Assembly (NCBI RefSeq): GCF_034335725.2
Contig: NZ_CP139662.2
DNA length: 24,000 bases
DNA from: Escherichia coli
GTDB taxonomy: Bacteria; Pseudomonadota; Gammaproteobacteria; Enterobacterales; Enterobacteriaceae
Reading direction: 5' to 3' (one strand)
The notes under the pieces are model-generated. The model saw only the letters and a list, made by a program, of their open reading frames with translations, ran no database searches and had not been told where the DNA came from. A program made the translations under genes and the position numbers. Position 1 is the first letter of the stretch. Every line of letters begins with the position of its first letter. Of this stretch, positions 18,455 through 24,000 are shown piece by piece.

Positions 18455-18660
18455 ATGAGATTGTATATCGTTACCGAAAACACTTACTTCTTTGCAGGAA
18501 TGAAATGTATTTTCCGGACATCCAATATTATCTTTGTCTAATATCAAACAGTGATATACATGCATACCTACCAGACTCAAACACAATATTTTTATTAGAT
18601 GGTGTGAATCATAAATTTTCGATAAAAGAGTATAGCCATCTAAAAAAGAGACAATTTTAA
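18455..18660 (+). pseudogene. Second LuxR-like regulator N-terminal remnant, frameshifted
   Basis: MRLYIVTENTYFFAGMKCIFRTSNIIFV* followed in a different frame by SDIHAYLPDSNTIFLLDGVNHKFSIKEYSHLKKRQF*. Pattern VTENTYFFAGMK parallels VLTDDYYFYFGLK in the upstream pseudogene. Confidence 0.45.
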
Positions 18661-18712
18661 GATAATCGGTTAATTCAGCCATTTTACCGAATTGTACTGC
18701 CAGTTTATTTAA

Positions 18713-19119
18713 TCACAGTTCGTCCTCTGATGAAAAACGGGAAAATGCGGGGCTGTCTATGTCCAGAGCACCAACGACGGTATTATTAATCCGGACAGGT
18801 AAAACGATTTCCGAGTTACTGGCTGTATCACAGACAATATGACCATTAAAACTATGGACATTATTTATGCACAGGATCCGTTCCTCTGCAACTGCCGTCC
18901 CGCAAACGCCGGAGCCTACCGGAATTCGGGCGCAGGCAATGTTCCCCCTGGAATGGTCCAAGAACAAGGATATCCTTCTCCAGCACATAAAATTATATTC
19001 TCCATACGGTTATACAGCAGCGAGCTGGTGTTAGCCATCATGGTAACAAAGCTGGTTTCTCCCGCCATTAGCGAACTTAAGTCACGAAATAAATCTCTGT
19101 AAGAAAAATCGGTGTTCAT
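18713..19119 (-). pseudogene. msrC: GAF-domain free methionine-(R)-sulfoxide reductase-like gene, frameshifted and C-terminally truncated
   Basis: Frame 1: MNTDFSYRDLFRDLSSLMAGETSFVTMMANTSSLLYNRM. Frame 2: RGNIACARIPVGSGVCGTAVAEERILCINNVHSFNGHIVCDTASNSEIVLPVRINNTVVGALDIDSPAFSRFSSEDEL. Together they match the MsrC layout with the NWAGFYLL region altered. Confidence 0.8.
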
Positions 19120-19209
19120 CTGTTATTCCCGGTGGCGATAATCCTGAACGTTATCCCCTTGCCCCTCAAGGATGGGGGATAACGTTCACTGCATAATAAA
19201 GCGTTTTAG

Positions 19210-20130
19210 TTATTCGTAGATATCAGCGTTACCAAAGGCATAGTTGTTATTACTGAGGCCGGTGATAACGTAATATCTGGCCCCCATTTGCGCCGCAGCC
19301 ATGGCAAATTTCTTCTCCAGTTCTCCCTGAGTTGGCGCAGTTCCGCTGATGCTACCTATTTTTTTATGACCTGCCATCTGTTCTTCGGCCATTTTAATGG
19401 CACCTCTGGTCAGCTCCATTGAAAGTGCGTTATTTTGTTCTGGTATTTTTTTCTGAGCAAGTTTATACAATTCGCCTCTGTGCCCTGTGGTGGCCAGTTT
19501 TGATAAGGCTGAAGAAGGTTCATGGTCGAAACTTCGGACTGCGGTTCCTGTCACGCCCCACACACCGGAGGAAAATGGTGTTTCGTAGTCTCCTTCAGAA
19601 ATATTTTTAATGCTGATGACAAACATACCATTATGACGGGTCAGTTTTGCCGTCATAAACTTCGCTGCAGCCCCGAGCCTGAGTTTTCCACTATCTGCTG
19701 TAACTTTCACAAGCTGGTCTGCAGCAGGAGCCCGGAAAAGAGCAATCTGTTCCGTTATGTCTACCGGTTTCCCGTCCCCAGTCATCAGACCTGTGAGATT
19801 AATCCCCTGTTCTGACGCCGGGGCAAAGAACCAGCCTTCTGACGCAGAGGCGGCATGCATGAAGGCAAAATGCAGATACTGTCCGTGATGTTTCTTCACC
19901 GGAATGCTGAATGAAACACTTTTGCCAGGCAAAGTGGCCCCCACGACCGCCCCGTCAGGGCTGTTGAATTGCCCAATAATTTCGCCGTAAGAATCTGACG
20001 ACATGACGAGCCGGCTGGCTGCTGGCGTTTGCGCGCCGGATTTATCGCCGGCGACGGCGGCCGCAATACCGGAGGATGAGAGTAACAGGGCAGACACAAC
20101 AGCGCTGGTTATAACGGTTTTCTTTAACAT
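19210..20130 (-). CDS. Secreted/periplasmic protein with spondin-like region and C-terminal YdgH/BhsA/McbA-like (DUF1471) domain
   Basis: Signal peptide MLKKTVITSAVVSALLLSSSGIAAAVA; C-terminus KKIGSISGTAPTQGELEKKFAMAAAQMGARYYVITGLSNNNYAFGNADIYE resembles DUF1471. Confidence 0.7.
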   Translation of the reverse strand: MLKKTVITSAVVSALLLSSSGIAAAVAGDKSGAQTPAASRLVMSSDSYGEIIGQFNSPDGAVVGATLPGKSVSFSIPVKKHHGQYLHFAFMHAASASEGWFFAPASEQGINLTGLMTGDGKPVDITEQIALFRAPAADQLVKVTADSGKLRLGAAAKFMTAKLTRHNGMFVISIKNISEGDYETPFSSGVWGVTGTAVRSFDHEPSSALSKLATTGHRGELYKLAQKKIPEQNNALSMELTRGAIKMAEEQMAGHKKIGSISGTAPTQGELEKKFAMAAAQMGARYYVITGLSNNNYAFGNADIYE

Positions 20131-20178
20131 ATTTAAGTTTCCTTGTAGTGATTACTCATAAAACAGAACCACAGATGA

Positions 20179-20670
20179 TTATTGTCCGGCCTCATGCCGG
20201 TATTCAGCAGAGCCAATAAATTTGGAGAACCGTTCACACCATATCTGAACGGTGGTGAATTCATTGACGTTAACACTGTCAGGAATACTCTTTCTGAAAT
20301 TACCAAAGTTTTTGAGTTCTCCAATCAGCACGGCCTCTTTTTTCATTTCCAGAAAAGAACTCTTATCTACCGCCTGTTTTTTCGTCAGATAGATTTTGTA
20401 ATCCGGCCCGGGCGCTACTTCACCTTTGAAGGCGATTTCGTTATCGGTAACGTAAAGCTCGCCCTCTGCCCAGTGAAGAACATCGCTGCCTTTCTGATTA
20501 CGTTTAAAATCACCCTTATATTTTGCCAGCTTCCGCACATCGTTGATTTCGTTCAGCGAAGCATTTTCCTGGGCAGTCAGTATCGGCAGCAGATAAATCC
20601 CCAGGCCGGTACCCGCTCCCAGAACAGCCAGGTGTGAAATTAGCAGGATAACTTTAAGTCTGGTCTTCAT
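20179..20670 (-). CDS. DM13-domain protein
   Basis: MKTRLKVILLISHLAVLGAGTGLGIYLLP (anchor), GSDVLHWAEGELYVTDNEIAFKGEVAPGPDYKIYLTKK, FGNFRKSIPDSVNVNEFTTVQIWCERFSKFIGSAEYR. Confidence 0.75.
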   Translation of the reverse strand: MKTRLKVILLISHLAVLGAGTGLGIYLLPILTAQENASLNEINDVRKLAKYKGDFKRNQKGSDVLHWAEGELYVTDNEIAFKGEVAPGPDYKIYLTKKQAVDKSSFLEMKKEAVLIGELKNFGNFRKSIPDSVNVNEFTTVQIWCERFSKFIGSAEYRHEAGQ

Positions 20671-20732
20671 TTTTTCCTCCATGAGTTGATAACAGCTTAC
20701 CTGCCATCGTTATATACTTCATTATATATGCT

Positions 20733-21008
20733 TTACTGATTTATGGCTTCCATCACATGTGATGAATAAACTACTGCGGCGCCCGCGTTCAGGGAAACAG
20801 CCACGGCCAGCGCAGCGGCGATTTCTTCTCTGGATGCACCGGCTTTCAGGGCCGCCTGTGAGTGAATACTGATGCAGCCGTCGCACCGGGTCGTTACGGC
20901 GACCGCCAGGGAAATCAGCTCCTGTGTTTTCTGGTCCAGCACGCCCTGACGATTGGCAAATTCAGCGATAGTCTGATAGACCTTCAGGGGTTCAGGGATC
21001 TCAGTCAC
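20733..21008 (-). CDS. Carboxymuconolactone decarboxylase/AhpD-like family protein
   Basis: TQELISLAVAVTTRCDGCISIHSQAALKAGASREEIAAALAVAVSLNAGAAVVYSSHVMEA: CxxC-xxxH motif. Confidence 0.88.
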   Translation of the reverse strand: MTEIPEPLKVYQTIAEFANRQGVLDQKTQELISLAVAVTTRCDGCISIHSQAALKAGASREEIAAALAVAVSLNAGAAVVYSSHVMEAINQ

Positions 21009-21091
21009 GAGTGAGCCGACATTTTTAGGTTTTTTCTTTATTCATTCCAGTTCATGTTCATAATTTTTCCTTTGGGTTACAGGGAGGGCTT

Positions 21092-21520
21092 TCAGGCCCT
21101 GATAGTTAAATATCTTTTCAGGTCATGTTTCAGCAGGACAGCACCGGCACCGATTAACAGAACATCTTTTATGATGAAGCTGTCAATTTTCCCCAGTTGT
21201 GGCAGCAAACTCAGTGTGGTGATACCTGTGACGATAACGATGATATCCCCCAGCACGCCGGCAGCAGGTCTGAAGAAACCGATAATCAGTGCCAGAAAGG
21301 TAAGCGTTTCCATTACGCCGAGGAAGTAGCTCCCCCCGTGGACACCAAAGAGGATATACAGGATATTCAGCCATGTTGAGGAAATAATAGGTTCGAGGGC
21401 CATCACTTCAAAATCAAACCATTTATAGGTCCCGAACAACATAAATATCGTGATAACCGACAGGCGAAGAATAACCATGTCGTTGTCTGAGCGGATAAAA
21501 CTTTTGAAAAAATTTTTCAT
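21092..21520 (-). CDS. DUF417 (YkgB/RclC-like) inner-membrane protein
   Basis: DNDMVILRLSVITIFMLFGTYKWFDFEVMALEPIISSTWL...VHGGSYFLGVMETLTFLALIIGFFRPAAGVLGDIIVIVTGITTLSLL. Confidence 0.82.
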   Translation of the reverse strand: MKNFFKSFIRSDNDMVILRLSVITIFMLFGTYKWFDFEVMALEPIISSTWLNILYILFGVHGGSYFLGVMETLTFLALIIGFFRPAAGVLGDIIVIVTGITTLSLLPQLGKIDSFIIKDVLLIGAGAVLLKHDLKRYLTIRA

Positions 21521-21557
21521 TCTATTCTCCAGGCAAAAAACTATGCCCTGTCAGAAA

Positions 21558-21939
21558 TCAGGTACGGGCATCAAGCATCATCATTAAAGCGTCAACGGCA
21601 CCGGTATAGGCATCATGAGGAGGGATCCGGTTCAGCATCAGCGCGCCCTTCAGTGCGGAGCAGACAATGATGGCAAGCTCATCAGGAGGGACGACAGACC
21701 TGAGCTCGCCGCTTTTCTGCCCGGAAGCAAGGACGTTTTTCAGTATTAGCATCTCCGTCTGTGCCAGGCAGCTGACAGCTTTCTGCAGTTCAGAGGAGAA
21801 CTGGTGACTGTCCGACAGCATGGCGTAAACGCCGCACATTTCCTCTCTCTCTGCACAGCCGGCAAACGCGTCGAGATACGCCCTGAGGCGTTGTACCCCC
21901 GGAGGAATATCATGGAGGGCGGCATCAAGCTGACTAAAC
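21558..21939 (-). pseudogene. TetR-family regulator, C-terminal part only; N-terminal HTH removed at the IS26 boundary
   Basis: LDAALHDIPPGVQRLRAYLDAFAGCAEREEMCGVYAMLSDSHQFSSELQKAVSCLAQTEMLILKNVLASGQKSGELRS resembles TetR C-terminal ligand domains. The listed ORF start is a GTG inside the IS26 terminal repeat. Confidence 0.75.
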
Positions 21940-22759
21940 GGCACTGTTGCAAATAGTCGGTGGTGATAAACTTATCATCCCCTTTTGCTGATGGAGCTGC
22001 ACATGAACCCATTCAAAGGCCGGCATTTTCAGCGTGACATCATTCTGTGGGCCGTACGCTGGTACTGCAAATACGGCATCAGTTACCGTGAGCTGCAGGA
22101 GATGCTGGCTGAACGCGGAGTGAATGTCGATCACTCCACGATTTACCGCTGGGTTCAGCGTTATGCGCCTGAAATGGAAAAACGGCTGCGCTGGTACTGG
22201 CGTAACCCTTCCGATCTTTGCCCGTGGCACATGGATGAAACCTACGTGAAGGTCAATGGCCGCTGGGCGTATCTGTACCGGGCCGTCGACAGCCGGGGCC
22301 GCACTGTCGATTTTTATCTCTCCTCCCGTCGTAACAGCAAAGCTGCATACCGGTTTCTGGGTAAAATCCTCAACAACGTGAAGAAGTGGCAGATCCCGCG
22401 ATTCATCAACACGGATAAAGCGCCCGCCTATGGTCGCGCGCTTGCTCTGCTCAAACGCGAAGGCCGGTGCCCGTCTGACGTTGAACACCGACAGATTAAG
22501 TACCGGAACAACGTGATTGAATGCGATCATGGCAAACTGAAACGGATAATCAACGCCACGCTGGGATTTAAATCCATGAAGACGGCTTACGCCACCATCA
22601 AAGGTATTGAGGTGATGCGTGCACTACGCAAAGGCCAGGCCTCAGCATTTTATTATGGTGATCCCCTGGGCGAAATGCGCCTGGTAAGCAGAGTTTTTGA
22701 AATGTAAGGCCTTTGAATAAGACAAAAGGCTGCCTCATCGCTAACTTTGCAACAGTGCC
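21940..22759 (+). mobile_element. IS26 (IS6 family), 820 bp, complete
   Basis: Terminal inverted repeats GGCACTGTTGCAAA (from 21940) and TTTGCAACAGTGCC (to 22759) flanking the recognisable IS26 transposase. Confidence 0.97.
22003..22707 (+). CDS. tnpA: IS26 transposase (234 aa)
   Basis: MNPFKGRHFQRDIILWAVRWYCKYGISYRELQEMLAERGVNVDHSTIYRWVQRYAPEMEKRLRWYW... Confidence 0.97.
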   Translation: MNPFKGRHFQRDIILWAVRWYCKYGISYRELQEMLAERGVNVDHSTIYRWVQRYAPEMEKRLRWYWRNPSDLCPWHMDETYVKVNGRWAYLYRAVDSRGRTVDFYLSSRRNSKAAYRFLGKILNNVKKWQIPRFINTDKAPAYGRALALLKREGRCPSDVEHRQIKYRNNVIECDHGKLKRIINATLGFKSMKTAYATIKGIEVMRALRKGQASAFYYGDPLGEMRLVSRVFEM

Positions 22760-24000
22760 CTTTTATATACCCGGAGCTGGATAAGCAACGAACGTCCTGG
22801 CCTGCTTTTCGATCTGGCGACAGGGTGGCTTATGCAACATCGTATTATTCTCCCCGGAGCCACTACGCTGACCCGGTTGATTTCAGAGGTAAGGGAAAAG
22901 GCGACGTTGCGCCTGTGGAACAAACTGGCACTGATACCGTCAGCCGAACAGCGTTCACAGCTGGAGATGCTGCTGGGGCCAACTGATTGCAGCCGCCTGT
23001 CTTTACTGGAATCACTGAAAAAGGGCCCTGTGACCATCAGTGGTCCGGCGTTTAATGAAGCAATTGAACGCTGGAAAACTCTGAACGATTTTGGCCTGCA
23101 TGCTGAAAACCTGAGTACACTCCCGGCTGTGCGCCTGAAAAATCTCGCACGTTATGCTGGTATGACTTCGGTGTTCAATATTGCCAGGATGTCACCGCAG
23201 AAAAGGATGGCGGTTCTGGTTGCCTTTGTCCTTGCATGGGAAACGCTGGCGCTGGATGATGCATTGGACGTTCTGGACGCCATGCTGGCCGTTATCATCC
23301 GTGACGCCAGAAAGATTGGGCAGAAAAAACGGCTCCGCTCGCTGAAGGATCTGGATAAATCTGCATTGGCGCTCGCCAGCGCATGTTCGTACCTGCTGAA
23401 AGAAGAAACACCGGACGAATCGATTCGTGCTGAGGTGTTCAGCTACATCCCAAGGCAAAAGCTGGCTGAAATCATCACGCTTGTCCGTGAAATTGCCCGG
23501 CCCTCAGACGATAATTTTCATGAAGAAATGGTGGAGCAGTACGGGCGCGTTCGTCGTTTCCTGCCCCATCTGCTGAATACCGTTAAATTTTCATCCGCAC
23601 CTGCCGGGGTTACCACTCTGAATGCCTGTGACTACCTCAGCCGGGAGTTCAGCTCACGGCGGCAGTTTTTTGACGACGCACCAACGGAAATTATCAGTCG
23701 GTCATGGAAACGGCTGGTGATTAACAAGGAAAAACATATCACCCGCAGGGGATACACGCTCTGCTTTCTCAGTAAACTGCAGGATAGTCTGAGGCGGAGG
23801 GATGTCTACGTTACCGGCAGTAACCGGTGGGGAGATCCTCGTGCAAGATTACTACAGGGTGCTGACTGGCAGGCAAACCGGATTAAGGTTTATCGTTCTT
23901 TGGGGCACCCGACAGACCCGCAGGAAGCAATAAAATCTCTGGGTCATCAGCTTGATAGTCGTTACAGACAGGTTGCTGCACGTCTTTGCGAAAATGAGGC
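22760..24000 (+). pseudogene. tnpA: Second Tn3-family transposase, 5' end removed at IS26, continuing past the window end
   Basis: Open frame from 22760: LLYTRSWISNERPGLLFDLATGWLMQHRIILPGATTLTRLISEVREKATLRLWNKLALIPSAEQRSQLEMLLGPTDCSRLSLLESLKKGPVTISGPAF...VINKEKHITRRGYTLCFLSKLQDSLRRRDVYVTGSNRWGDPRARLLQGADW. Confidence 0.88.

Noticed and set aside
20182-20637. 151-aa + strand ORF
   Set aside because: Antisense to the DM13-domain gene, whose translation is clearly family-like.
21934-22530. 198-aa minus-strand ORF
   Set aside because: Antisense shadow inside IS26, a known artefact of this element.
1-24000. CRISPR arrays, tRNA/rRNA genes, integron attC arrays, plasmid replication genes
   Set aside because: Looked for regularly spaced direct repeats, tRNA/rRNA-like sequence, an integrase or gene-cassette structure and rep proteins; none recognised by eye.

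Overview
This 24 kb window looks like a mosaic accessory or plasmid segment from an enterobacterium, assembled by repeated mobile-element activity. From left to right it contains: (1) a Tn3-family element with a resolvase that appears frameshifted, a palindromic res-like site and a full-length transposase that cuts off an AraC-type regulator; (2) an alcohol dehydrogenase/quinone oxidoreductase-like gene; (3) an IS110-family element with hairpin-forming flanking DNA (candidate guide RNA region); (4) a divergent EamA exporter/Lrp-AsnC regulator pair; (5) a transposase remnant; (6) a two-gene operon encoding an unknown 300-aa protein and a KAP-type P-loop NTPase, facing a second operon encoding a 96-aa protein and a TIR-like effector, with a shared bidirectional terminator. 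This is the best candidate here for an undescribed defence-like system; (7) a small membrane protein, and a DUF3800 gene with a small HTH gene; (8) a vapBC toxin-antitoxin locus preceded by a palindrome-rich putative operator; (9) an IS3-family OrfA fused in frame to a nuclease-like C-terminal domain; (10) an AT-rich region with two decayed LuxR-like regulators, one with a G10 tract, and a decayed msrC-like GAF gene; (11) a four-gene operon (DUF417, AhpD/CMD-like, DM13, spondin-like/DUF1471) whose TetR regulator has been decapitated by IS26; (12) IS26 (820 bp, no target duplication) abutting a 5'-truncated second Tn3-family transposase that runs off the window. All functional calls come from reading translated sequence and family recall. 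No database search was run.
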